Assembly (NCBI RefSeq): GCF_009914755.1
Contig: NC_060927.1
DNA: 64,000 bases
Origin: the human T2T-CHM13v2.0 reference genome, Homo sapiens
Direction: 5' to 3' (one strand)
Shown: piece after piece, positions 42,821 through 56,680 of the stretch
Numbering within the stretch: position 1 is the first letter of the stretch
Layout of the letters: each line of letters begins with the position of its first letter
Program-made: the position numbers and the translations under genes
The notes under the pieces: generated by a model
Told to the model about the DNA's origin: nothing
Seen by the model: only the letters and a program-made list of their open reading frames with translations
Databases searched by the model: none

Positions 42821-43299
42821 AGAAGAGGATATATACCTTAAAGGTAACATTCAATCTACCATAATAGATAAAAATCTAGTTTAACAGTTGAGTAGAAAGA
42901 ATGCCCAAGAAACAGATGCCCAAGCAATAACCAGTAAATAAAACATATATTAATAAACTTTCACTGGAAAAATCTGTAAATTTATCTTAAGAAAATTATA
43001 GCACTTCACTTTTTTAAATTGAGGTGAAATTCACATAACATAAAACTGACCATTTTAAAGTATACAATTCAGTAGCATTTAGTACATTCACAATATTGCA
43101 CAGTCATCACCTGTAGCTAGTTCCAAAACATTTTCATCATCCCCGAAGCCGGTCCTATACCATTAACCAGTCACTCCCCATTCCTCCTATATCACTTTTA
43201 AAGTAATATAATTTGATAAATATTTCACAAAATCACAGACATTTCATCATTCTAATGAGTAACTATTAGGACATATAATAGTGTAAATAATTATCACGA

Positions 43300-44900
<1,601 letters not shown>

Positions 44901-45073
44901 ACTTCAAAAGTGTTCATGCAATGTCTACACTTGAATAAATTAAAGTATAATAAAAATATACATTCCTACAATATTAAAATAAGTTCACTTCAACATTGGA
45001 CACTGTTGGTTCCAAGCTATCAGAAGTTAGAATTTCCAAATACAATGTTAGTTTGAAATACATAAATGCTTAC

Positions 45074-45157
45074 ATGTAGCACTTTAGCAATCAATTCTCC
45101 ACCTTCGGGCCCAATATCATTAAACATGAGGTTTAAGTAAATGAGATTAAGTTGTTT
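45074..45157 (-). CDS. LRRC34: LRRC34 exon 5
   Basis: TTATAG|KQLNLIYLNLMFNDIGPEGGELIAKVLH|GTAAG. Confidence 0.93.
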
Positions 45158-45651
45158 CTATAAGAGAAAAGAAGTTATTACACATTATTATTATTGGAAA
45201 TTGGTCAGTTTTACATACATGTATATACATATACACATACAGTATATACTTTATTTGAATAAGTGTTTTCCTCCAAAGAAAATCTTTATAACCAAGAAAA
45301 ACTGTATCCTAGCAAAAACAACTACATTAAGGAAAAAAATCATTCTCATGTAATCAAAATATAATTACAATATAAATGAAAGAAAAAACTATATTTACCT
45401 TTGATCAATCTGAAAGATGTGTGGTGTATATATTTAATCATGGTGTACAAGTTTGCAAAAGATAACTTAGGAGCTCTAGCTACTGGCTCCATTGAGACCA
45501 AATCCACAATGGGTTTCCAGTATATTTCGAGTGTTCTAGCACAGAGTCAGGACCCTTGACATCAGGTAAAACTAGTGTTTTATGTGTGTGTCATTAGACT
45601 AATTGGTTTCATTGTAAATGGAACTAAGGACATTTTGTAGTAAAATAATAC

Positions 45652-45716
45652 CTGAAGCAGTTTCGCAGCATAGTATGCACCAACATCACATAGAAGGTTA
45701 TATCCAACATCCAAAC
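45652..45716 (-). CDS. LRRC34: LRRC34 exon 4
   Basis: TTCAG|GT LDVGYNLLCDVGAYYAAKLLQ|GTATT; 97-nt intron to exon 3. Confidence 0.92.
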
Positions 45717-45813
45717 CTGAAGCACAGATGAATAGAAGTGGATATTCATTATAAAGAATACTTAAAATCAGATCAATGAAAAGCAGGAGGTATTGATTCT
45801 TATGGAAACATAC

Positions 45814-45935
45814 CATTAATATACAGACAATTCTTTAAAATTTTGGAAAGAATCCAAAAATCTTCACCTGTAACTCTTTCTACTGGCACTAAGCGATTGT
45901 TACCAGCAATGTTTAATGTGATTCCTGCTGCTAGC
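45814..45935 (-). CDS. LRRC34: LRRC34 exon 3
   Basis: TAACAG|G LAAGITLNIAGNNRL…LKNCLYIN G|GTATG. Confidence 0.92.
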
Positions 45936-46258
45936 CTGTTAAAATACAAAAAAAAAAAAAAAAAAAAAAGATTTTGAAATAGAAACCCAGTAAAGAAGTA
46001 AAAGTATGTTTCCTTCATGTATAAATAGTCATATCACAGATATCATTTACTGGAAGCAAGCATATAATAAGTAGACTTATACAGTATATTTATACCAGGT
46101 AACTTAAAACTACTGAACATTCTGCAGACTGCAAAGTGCTTTAAAAGATTCCATATATTTAGCTCTCTCACACACACTCACACTCACACAAACAGTATCC
46201 CCACTTTATAGATAACACTGAAAACTTCAGTGATTTGCTTAGACTCACCCAGCTCAGG

Positions 46259-46683
<425 letters not shown>

Positions 46684-46853
46684 CTAAGACCTACTAACAG
46701 TGTTGCTCGTGTACTTACTTACCTGAATCAAATGGTATGTTCATTTTACCAAGCATTTTCAAATGGCTATAAAATCACTCAATATGTTAGGATTTTCACA
46801 CACATGAATATAAGCAAACACTATTAATGTAATCAAGTATTTGTCTTTCTTAC

Positions 46854-46971
46854 CCCTTTTTAATTTCTTCATCCACTTCTTGGAGTATATGCAATATAAA
46901 AGGATTAATTTTCTGGGATTTTTCCATACACAGATTAGAATAATGTTTCTGGAGACCAGATTCTGGAGATT
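46854..46971 (-). CDS. LRRC34: LRRC34 exon 2
   Basis: TTTCAG|AA SPESGLQKHYSNLCMEKSQKINPFILHILQEVDEEIKK GG|GTAAG. Confidence 0.92.
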
Positions 46972-48179
46972 CTGAAAAATATATGCATCCTCTATCACAT
47001 ATAAATTATTCTAGAAGCTTTAAAAAAAACCATAAAAACTACCTCTTTCAAATATATGAGTTGTATGTGTGTATAGTGGGGGTAGGGAAGAAAAGGAAAC
47101 AGAATTAAGGTTAGAAAAAGAGAAGAGAAATAAAAATAATGAATGGGAGAGATAATTAAAATGCTGTTTGGAGAACTAGGGCCATTGAAGCACCCATTGA
47201 GGCTTGGCAGACACTGGCTCAAGTGAGCACCCTACGTTGGAAGTGACATAAAGGGAGAACTAAGCTCCATTATGTGCCAGGCCTGGTAGCTGAGGAAAAT
47301 GACTTCCAAAGAAATTGTATATTTTGTCCAAAACCATGCAGCTAATAAAGGCAGAGTGCAGAATCAAACTGATTCCAAAACCTCTTTCCACTGTGCCCTA
47401 ATGGGTTACAGGGACTCAAGGTTTCTTTTTTTTTTTTTTTTTTTTCAACTCAGTATCTCAGCATCCACGAGAGGAAAAGGTTTCTTAAAATAGCTTCACA
47501 TAAAAACAATTTTATCTAATAACCTAACTCAAAAGGGATCTGATAAAGCACCTACTCCCACAAGCTTCTTGGATACCCTCTACACCATCCCAAGTTTGAA
47601 TGTAACTGTCATTTCTTCATACCAAATCGAGGCCTGGCTCACAGAAGCTCTTCTCCTACCCAGCCTTCCATTTCCTCTTTCTAAAGGTGACTTTTCCCTA
47701 AGTTCTTAAGAAGACAGACACAAAGCAGGAGTTGAGATCTCCTTTCTGTTATACATGCAGATTTCCTTAATGACCTTGCTGTTCTCAGTAATACCTCAAA
47801 AGCATCTTCTGCAAGGCCTACATCTTCTGGGGTGGAAGTTATGCTGTTACTTTTCTTAGAAGTACAGGCCACTGTCTTTGTTTTCTATACATCTACCTTT
47901 TGTGGATGTCTTTTAAAAATTTGTGCACAGAGATCTCATTGCTCAACCAGCCTAGCTTTTTAGGAGCTGGCTTCTCTTCTAAGTCTCTACATCTCAGAAA
48001 TGTTGTTTACTGAGTGTCCTTTGCACTCTGAAGAATAATGAGTTTGCTAAACGGATCTGCAGAACGAGATTTAACATGAGGAACATTACATTTCAGATGA
48101 AAGCAAACAAAATTTTCTTATAGTTTTTAATAACCTTTTTAAAAATAAATTTAATATACTTATTCCAGACAATTTGGAA

Positions 48180-48473
<294 letters not shown>

Positions 48474-49007
48474 TAACATTAAAAAAAAATACATGTTAAT
48501 CTGCAATCCCACTGCCAAAGAACAACCACAATTGAGGTCTAGGCATACATACTTCCTATAGTTTTTCTTTTATATGCATATTAAGTATTTTTTAAACAAA
48601 ATTGGAATCTTTGGATATAACTTTATATGCTGTTTTTTAAATTAACATTATATTGTAAGCAGTTTTCCCATGTCACTAGATATTCTCTGAAAAATTTAAA
48701 TAGCATAATTTCTGTCATGTGGATAGATGTACGTATTAAAAAAAGCTTCACCTATTTTAGAAAATTTTCATGTATTTAAATGATATTGTAGCACAATATT
48801 TCCCAAACTGTATTTTGTGGAATATGCATGTTCTACAGGATGATCAAAGGTGTTCCAAATAGAATAGGTCTTATTATCAAGTAAGTCTGAGAAGTACTAA
48901 AATAAACAAAACTATACACAGACACAACACTTCTCAGGGCATTTAAAACGTGCACACTCTGCAAACTGTTAAGCTTGAGAATAGGGAGGATAAGAATGCT
49001 GCATTTC

Positions 49008-49320
49008 CGGCCGGGTGCGGTGGCTTACGCCTGTAATCCCAGCACTTTGGGAGGCCGAGGCGAGCGGATCACTTGAGGCCAGGAGTTCGAGACCAGCCTG
49101 GCCAATATGGTGAAACCCTATCTCTACCAAAAATACAAAAATTAGCTGGTGTGGTGGCGCATGCCTGTAGTCCCAGCTACTTCGGAGGCTGAGGCGACAG
49201 AATCGCTTGAATGCGGGAGGTGGAGGTTACAAGGTTGCAGTGGGCAGAGATCGCGCCACTGCACTCCAGCCTGGGCGACAGAGGAGACTCCATCTCAAAA
49301 ACAAAACAAAACAAAAACCT
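49008..49320 (+). mobile_element. Alu (AluS-like)
   Basis: GGCCGGGTGCGGTGGCTTACGCC…; (CAAAA)n tail. Confidence 0.9.
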
Positions 49321-50329
49321 CACTTGGAATGCAATCTAGAAAATGCTGCTTTAGCGTCCTCCCCAGGAAACAAAGCAAGTAGATCCCAAATAGAAGTTGG
49401 AGCTGGGCTCCCACTGGGCTTCTTTCTTCCCTACTGTCTTCCTTGGTATTAAGAGAAAAATTGCCCTGAGAATCTCCGAGGGCACAGAAATGTGTCAGAC
49501 TACAATTCATTTTCGCGAAGGCATGAAGGAATCTTAGACTACGAGCTAAATACAGCTAAACAAAGTTATGGAAATATTCTTATTTAACAAGCTAGCCAGA
49601 GATTTACAGTATTTAAAAGTTTCTGCTACCCTTCCTTTGATTTAAAATTCACCTACGTATTTTGTATGCCAGGATTTTGTGGCACCAATGAATTTATTTC
49701 CTATATTGTATTCATATTAGAAGGAAAATAGCCTTCAAATTGTAAAGCAAAAACTAGGAAATAACCCAGCTACGCAGGAAAATGTCAAGAACCTAACCCA
49801 AATTTCATTTTTTCATCCACGCCTCTGGCAGCCACGTTTTAACAATTTCCAGAGAGAGGACTTACTTAGGAGGTAGATCCCTCCAAAACATGCTTTTCTA
49901 TACTTAGCCAAGCACTGGGAAATCTAAGCGATAAGCATGAGTCAGAACGTGGGTGCCCTATCCAGAATCCGCAGTGTGTACATTTGAACAAGTTGTTATC
50001 CCAGCTTAAATTTCCTCTCATGCTAAAGGCAGAGCCTAACACTGCCCATCTCCTGGATGCAGTATTATTAAGCCAGCCTCCGAACACAGTTCCGTATCCA
50101 CAAACAGACTTTAAAACCAGCATATAAAACGGAAATGGCGGGTAGGGGGTGGCCGTTCAGGGTAGGTGCTTAACTTGCTAATCATGGGCGCAGAAATATT
50201 TAAAACGGAGATAGTACAGAGGTGCAAAGTCAGAAACAGTATCAAGACCCTCATGCCCCCCTGTGACCTGCTCTCTGGGACTTTCACAAAAAGGGGGCTG
50301 AGAAGAGCCCCCCCGCCACCCCCTCCCGG

Positions 50330-51300
50330 AGACCCTGAGAGCACGGCGACAGACACCATCTGCACAACCTATCGCGCAAAGGGCGGACCCACGGGAACTC
50401 CTCTCCGTGGACTCCTCTCCTGCCCCCGGTCGCAAAGGGCGACCGGGGACTCTTCTCCTGCCCTCGTTTCTGGGCGCCCCAAACCTCTGGCCACAGCTGG
50501 GGTTCCCAGGGGCCCCCCTCCCGCCTCGACGCCTTGGGCTGGCGGGCTGCTGGGAGGACTCCTGCCGTGCGACCCCGGCGCCCCTCGCGCGTTTTGTCTG
50601 GGCCAGGCCGCGCAGACGTGCTCCCTACTTCTTACCGCGCTGGACCGCCAGGGCCGCGCCCGGAGTACTGGCCTGAGTGGAGGCCCAAGCCGGGGACCTG
50701 GCCGGCGCACGGGCGGCCTCCCGGGAGCTCCCCATGCTCCTCTCACCCACTGGCCGCGGCGGCTGCGCTGCCATGGCGACCGCGCGCGCACTTACAGTCC
50801 GCCTGCAGCTGTGAGGCGGCTACACGAGCCTCGGCGCCAGCCTGCTTCGAGTCCCGCTGGCTGTGCCTGCCCGGGCCCTGAGGCCTCACTGCTAAGGCAG
50901 TGACCGCCTACTCTGTGGAGGTCCTTTGTCACCCTGCCCTGGTTAAAGGCAGCCTGAGGGAGGGCGTCCTGGCTCCTTTGCAGGGAGGAGTTCCCGAGGT
51001 TTGAGGGGCTCCGCTGCTGAGCTAGGGCTGGGGCTACAAAGAAGATTATGACAAAGCCCGCTCCTACAAAGTGTGCACCGGCCTGCCGGGCCAGCGAAGA
51101 AGCAGAGTAGCATCAGCACATGATAAAGGCGTTGGGCTTTGGGAGCATAAAGGGTTTTGTGCTCCCAAAGGGCGGGGCCACCAGGGAGGGCTTCCTGAAG
51201 GAGGTGACATCTGGATGGTCCGAAGGAGGCTGCCAGAGGACAGAATGCTTGGTGCGTTCTGGGCATGCGCAGGTACTTGAATGTACTCAGATCAGTACAG
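50330..51300. promoter_or_regulatory. CpG island, LRRC34 promoter and probable bidirectional promoter for LRRIQ4 (candidate non-coding exon donor CAG|GTACTT at 51272)
   Basis: CpG-dense; GC box GGGCGGGG (~51170); NRF1-like GCATGCGCA. The LRRIQ4 coding exon has an acceptor upstream of its ATG, so an upstream exon is implied; its placement here is inference. Confidence 0.6.
50636..50774 (-). CDS. LRRC34: LRRC34 exon 1 coding part (in CpG island)
   Basis: GCCATGG Kozak; MAAQPPRPVGERSMGSSREAARAPARSPAWASTQASTPGAALAVQR G|GTAAG; phase 1 joins exon 2. Confidence 0.88.
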
Positions 51301-51718
51301 ACAGCGGGGAGGCGGGCAGGGCCAGATCCACATGTGTTACTAAAAGGCCAGGGGTTCCGTCTAGATCCAGCTGCTCCTGGCACAGAATGCCAATCACTGA
51401 AACAATGAGAATTGCCAGGGAGGAAGGCTTTAATCTGGTGCTGCAGCCGAGGAGATCAGTCTCAAATCTGTCTCCCCAACCAACTAGAATCAAGGGTTTA
51501 CATAGCAAGAAAGAAATGTGACTACTTGCAGGAAATCAGGAATTAGGGAGGGGTAAGGAAGAGGAGTTGGTCAACAGGAATCAGGTGGTCGTTTAGGGAA
51601 TCATGGTGGGTGAGGGATCTGGTGTCTCATTGTCCAGATGTGACGATCTGGTAAGTTTCATTTCCTTGATACTGAAATGGTAATAGTTTCCTTATCCCCC
51701 TTGCAGGGCATGCGATGG

Positions 51719-52070
51719 TGAGGCAGGAAAATAGGGTCTGGAGGTAGGGAACATAAGGCCGATTCGCACTTCGGCTATAACAGGAAATATCCTCTCCATA
51801 GGGTGTACACCATAAACGACTTTGTAACCTTACTTCATCCTCTTCATTTACACAGGGCGTACTCTAAGTAACCAATGGAATCCTCTAAGGGATATTTAAA
51901 CTCCCAAAAAATTTGTAACGGGGTCTTTGAGCCCCTGTGCTCGGCCCACTCCCACACTGTGGAGTATACTTTCATTTTCAGTAAATCCCTTCATTCCTTC
52001 CTTGCTTTGTGCGTTTTGTCCAATTCTTTGTTCAAGACGCCAAGAACCTGGACACCTTCTACCGGTAACA
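51719..52070 (+). mobile_element. ERV1 solo LTR (MER61-like), 352 bp
   Basis: TGAGGCAGGAAAATAGGGTCTGG…GGACACCTTCTACCGGTAACA (TG…CA ends), CCAAT and TATTTAAA boxes, 4-bp TSD ATGG. Confidence 0.85.
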
Positions 52071-52704
52071 ATGGGGGTGTGGCTTGCTTCTTTGGTGCTC
52101 CGCTGCTCAAACCTCTAGGGGGAGCATGCAGACGGGCAGGTTGTGGGGCACGTGGGCTCCGAACTCACCGCAGCGTCTAGGGGTGAATGCTTACAGCTGC
52201 TGAAGCAAAGCCCCAGTAGGCGTGTGTTACAGGGTGCTCTTTCAGTTTTGCTGTGTATAGGCGGCTTGCGTCAATCAGCTCAGTTAGACCCTCTGTCTTA
52301 CCGCAAGGACAGAGGGCTTTCTGTTTCCTGGGGTTCTGGCCTTGGTGTACCGGAAAAATCGGATCACACAGTGGGCTTGGAGAATGAGTGCAAGGTTTTA
52401 TTGATTGGTGGAAGTGGCTCTCAACAGATGGATGGGGAGCCAGAAAGGGAATGGAGTGGAAAGGTGGTTTTCCCCTGGAGTCCGGCCGCTCAGCAGCCAG
52501 ACTCTCCACTGACTGCCCTGGCCAAATTCCCCTCGGTCTACACATCGTGCTGCTTGTCGGTGACCTGGCAGCGTCCGCTGGTGCCTGTCGGTGTGCTCTT
52601 CTGCTCCTCTGTTCCTCTCAATGTCCAGCCACCTGTGTGCTCCTCCGCCGGTGTGTTCCTCTCAACATCCAGCCGCTTGTGTCTGTGCCTACTAGGGTCT
52701 TGGG

Positions 52705-53010
52705 GTGTTTGTTTGTTTGTTTGTTTTTTGAGACAGAGTCTCGCTCTGTGGTCCAGGCTGAAGTGCAGTGGCCTGATCTTGGCTCACTGCAACCTCTGCC
52801 TCCGAGCTTCAAGCAATTCTCCCACCTCAGCCTCCAGAATAGCCGGGATTACAGGCGCCCCCCACTACGCCCAGCTAATTTTGTATTTTTAGTAGAGACA
52901 GGGTTTCACCATGTTGGCCAGGCTGGTCTCAAACTCCTGACCTCAAGTGATCTACCTGCCTCTGCCGCCCAAAGTGCTGGGATTACAGGCGTGAGGCACT
53001 ATGCCTGGCC
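52705..53010 (-). mobile_element. Alu (AluS-like)
   Basis: (GTTT)n tail and Alu body. Confidence 0.9.
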
Positions 53011-56000
53011 CTTTAATCCATTTTGATTTGATTTTTGTATGTGGCAAGAGATAGGGGTGTAGTTTCATTCTTCTGCATATGGATATCCAGTTTTCCCAGA
53101 ACCGTTATTGAAGAAACTATCTTTTCCCCAATATATGTTACTGATACCTTTGTCAAAAACGAGTTCACTGTAGATGATGGATTTATATCTGGGTTCTCTA
53201 TTCTGTTCCATTGGTCTATGTATCTATTTTTATGCCAGTACCATGCTAGTTTGGCTACTTTAGCTCTGCAATATAATTTTAATTTAGGTAATGTGATTCC
53301 TCCAGTTTTGTTCTTTTTGCTCAGGTTAGCTTTGGCTATGCTGGATCTTTTGTGGTTTCATACAAATTTTAGGATTATTTTTTCTATTTCTGTGAAGAAG
53401 GTCTTTGGTATTTTGATAGGAATTGTATATAATCTGTAAATTGCTTTGGATAAAATGGACATTTTAACAATAATTATTATTCTAATCCAAGAACATAAAA
53501 TATCTTTCCTTTTTTTGTGTGTGTGTCCTCTTTAATTTCTTACTTCAATGTTTTATAGTTTTCATTGTAGAGATCTTTTACTTCTTTGGTTGAGTTTGTT
53601 CTTAGGTATTTTATTTTATTTGTAGCTACTGTAAATGGGATTATTTTCTTACTTTTTCTGATTGTTTGCTGTTGGTATATAAAAATGCTACTGAGTTTTA
53701 TATGTTGATTTTGTATCCTACAACTTTATTGAATTTGTTTATCCATTCTAATAATTTTTTTTGGTGGAGTCTTAAGGATTTTCCAAATATAAGATTATAT
53801 CATCTGCAAACAAGGATAATTTGGGTTCTTCTTTTCCAGTTTGGATGCTCTTTATATCTTTCTCTTCTCTAATTGCTCTAGCTAAGACTTCCAGTGCTAC
53901 ACTGAATAATAGTGGTTAAAGTGGGCATCCTTATATTGTTCCAGATCTTAGAGAAAAGGTTTTCAGTATTTCCTATTCAGTATGATACTACCTACGGGCC
54001 TGTCAAATATGGTTTTTATCGTGTTGAGGTATCTTCCATCTACTCCCAGTTTATTGAGGGCTTTTATCATGAAGTGATGTTGAATTTTATCACATGCTTT
54101 TTCAGCATCAATTAAAATGATCATATGGTTTTTGTCCTTCATTCTGTTGATAGGTTGTATCACATTGATTGATTTGTGTATGTTGAGCCATCCTTGCATT
54201 CCTAAGATGAATGCCACTTGGTCATGATGAATGATTTTTTTAATGTGTTGTTGAATTCAGTTTGCTAGCATTTTCGTTGAGGATCTTCGCTGAGAAGATC
54301 CATCAGGGACATTGCCCTACAGTTTTCTGTTTTTTGGTTTGCTTGTTTGTTTGTTTTGGTGTGTCTTTGGTTTTGGTGTCAGGGTAATACTGGCCTCATA
54401 GAACGAATTTGGAAGTAGTTTTTCCTCCTCTATTTTTCAGAACAGCTTGAGTAGGATTGGTATTAGTTCTTCTTTAAATGTTTGATAAAAATCAGCATTG
54501 AAGCCATTGGGTCCCAGGTTTTTCTTTGCTAGGAGACTTTTTATTATGACTTTGATCTTTTTACTTGCTATTGGTCTATTGAGGTTTCAGATTTCTTCAT
54601 GGTTCAATCTTGGTAAATGGTATATATCTAGGAATTTATCCATTTCTTCTAGGTTTCCCAATGTATTAACATATAGTTGATCCTTGGAATTTCTACTGTA
54701 TCAGTTGTAATATCTCCTTTTTCATCTCTGATTTTATTTATTGGATCTTCTCTCTTTTTCTCTTAATCTGGCTAAAAGTTTATTGATTTTATTCATCTTT
54801 TCAAAAAACCCAACTTTTCATTTTATTAATTTTTTTGCATTGTTCTTTATTTTAATTTCATTTATTTCTGCTCTGATTTTTGTGATTTCTTTTCTTCTAC
54901 TTTTTTTTTTTTTTTTGACAGAGTTTTGCTCTGTTGCCCAGGATGGAGTACAGTGGCATGATCTCAGCTCACTGCAACCTCTGCCTCCTGGGTTCAAGTG
55001 ATTCTTTTGCCTCAGCCTCCTGAGTAGCTGGGATTACAGGCACACACCACAATGCTTGGCTAATTTTTATATTTTTAGTAGAGACAGGGTTTCACCATGT
55101 TGGCCAAGCTGGTCTTGAACTCCCAACCTCAGGTGATCCACTTGCCTCAGCCTCCCAAAGTGCTGGGATTACAGGCGTGAGCTATCACTCCCAGCCTTCT
55201 ACTAACTTTGAGTTTGGTTTTTTACTTTTCTAGTTCTTTAAGATGCATCATTACATTGTTTATTTGAAGTTTTCTGCTTTTTTGATGTAGGCACTTATTG
55301 CTATAAACATGCCTGTTAGTACTGCTTTCACTGTATCCCATAGGTTTTGTTATGTTGTGTTTCCATTTTAATTTGTTTCAATAAATTTTTTAATTTTCTT
55401 AATTTTTTCATTGACCCACTGGTCATTCAGGAGCATGTTGTTTAATTTCCACGTGTTTGTACAATTCCCAAATTTCCTCTTGTTATTGCTTTCTAGTTTT
55501 ATTCCATTGTGCTCAGAGAAGATACTTAATATGATTTTGATATTTTTGAAAATTTTTAAGACTTGTTTTGTGACCTAAAATATGTCTATCCTTGAGAAGA
55601 TCCATGTGCTGAGGAAAAGAATGTGTATTCTGCAGCTGTTGGATGAAATGTTCTGTAAATATCTAGGTACATTTGGTCTATAGTGCAGATTAAGTCCAAT
55701 GCTGCTTTGTTGGTTTTCTGTCTTGATCTCTCCAATGCTGAAAGTATCCAATGCTGAAATCAACAGCCATTATTGTACTGGAGTCTATTTCTTTCTTTAT
55801 CTCTAGTAATATTTGCTTTACATAACTAGGTGATCCAGTGTTGGGTGCATGTATATTTATGATCGTTATATCCTCTTGCTGAATGAACCCCTTTATCATT
55901 ATATAATGACCTTTTTTGTCTTTTTTTATAGCTTTTGTCTCGAAATCTATTTTGTCTGATATATGTATAGCTACTCCTGCTCTTTTTTGTTTTCCATTTG

Positions 56001-56680
56001 CATAGAATATCTTTTCCCATTCCTTTATTTTCAGCTTATGTGTGTCTTTATAGGTGAAATGTATTTCTTGTGGGCCACAGATCGATCATTGGGTCTTGTT
56101 TTTTAAAATCCATTTAGCACCTCAAGAGCAATTCCTCAGAGCCCAGCACAGCATCAAGATTTGCCCAGGAATTGCAGTCCTTGTGACCTAGACTGCCTTT
56201 CAAGTTTATTTAGAACCCCCAGAGCACTTTATCCCACAGTGGTGGGGCTAGCCAGAACTCACGTTCCACCCACTGGCATGGACAATTCCCCTCTGGCTAG
56301 GGCTGGTCTAAATGCTCCCTCCATGAGCACCACCTGAATTCTACCCGATGTTGCTTTCCACTGTGACAGGCAGCACTGAAGTCCATTCCAAAGCCCCACA
56401 GTCACTTTCCTCTCCCTCCCCGAAGCACACTTATTCTCTCTCTGTGCCACATGGCTGCTCTGGGGGTTGGAGGAGGGATGGTTCTGACTATCCAGGACTG
56501 TCTTTCCTACCTTCTTCAGTGCCTCTTTCTTTGCTATGATGTTAAAACCAGGGACTGTGATTGCAAACCTGATCTTTCGTTCTTATGAAGATGATTTCTT
56601 GTGTGAATAGTTGTTCAATTTGGTGTTCCTGTTGGAGGGGATGATTGCTAGAGGGTTCTATTCAGCCATCTTGCTCTGCC
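53011..56680 (-). mobile_element. Degenerate L1 (L1MA/L1PB-type) with internal deletions; Alu inserted at ~54900-55196
   Basis: Minus-strand ORF2 fragments: RT-like [15 protein letters not shown]…[12 protein letters not shown] and endonuclease-like IQQEDITIINIHAPNTG. Confidence 0.88.

Noticed and set aside
50166-50903. 245-aa and other overlapping ORFs in the LRRC34 CpG island
   Set aside because: GC-rich stop depletion; the true LRRC34 exon 1 is in another frame on the minus strand.
51719-52070. p53 response element in the MER61-like LTR
   Set aside because: Some MER61 subfamilies carry one, but I see no RRRCWWGYYY pair in this copy.
52143-53026. 249-aa and 212-aa ORFs
   Set aside because: They run through ERV-derived sequence into an antisense Alu; no gag/pol/env motifs.
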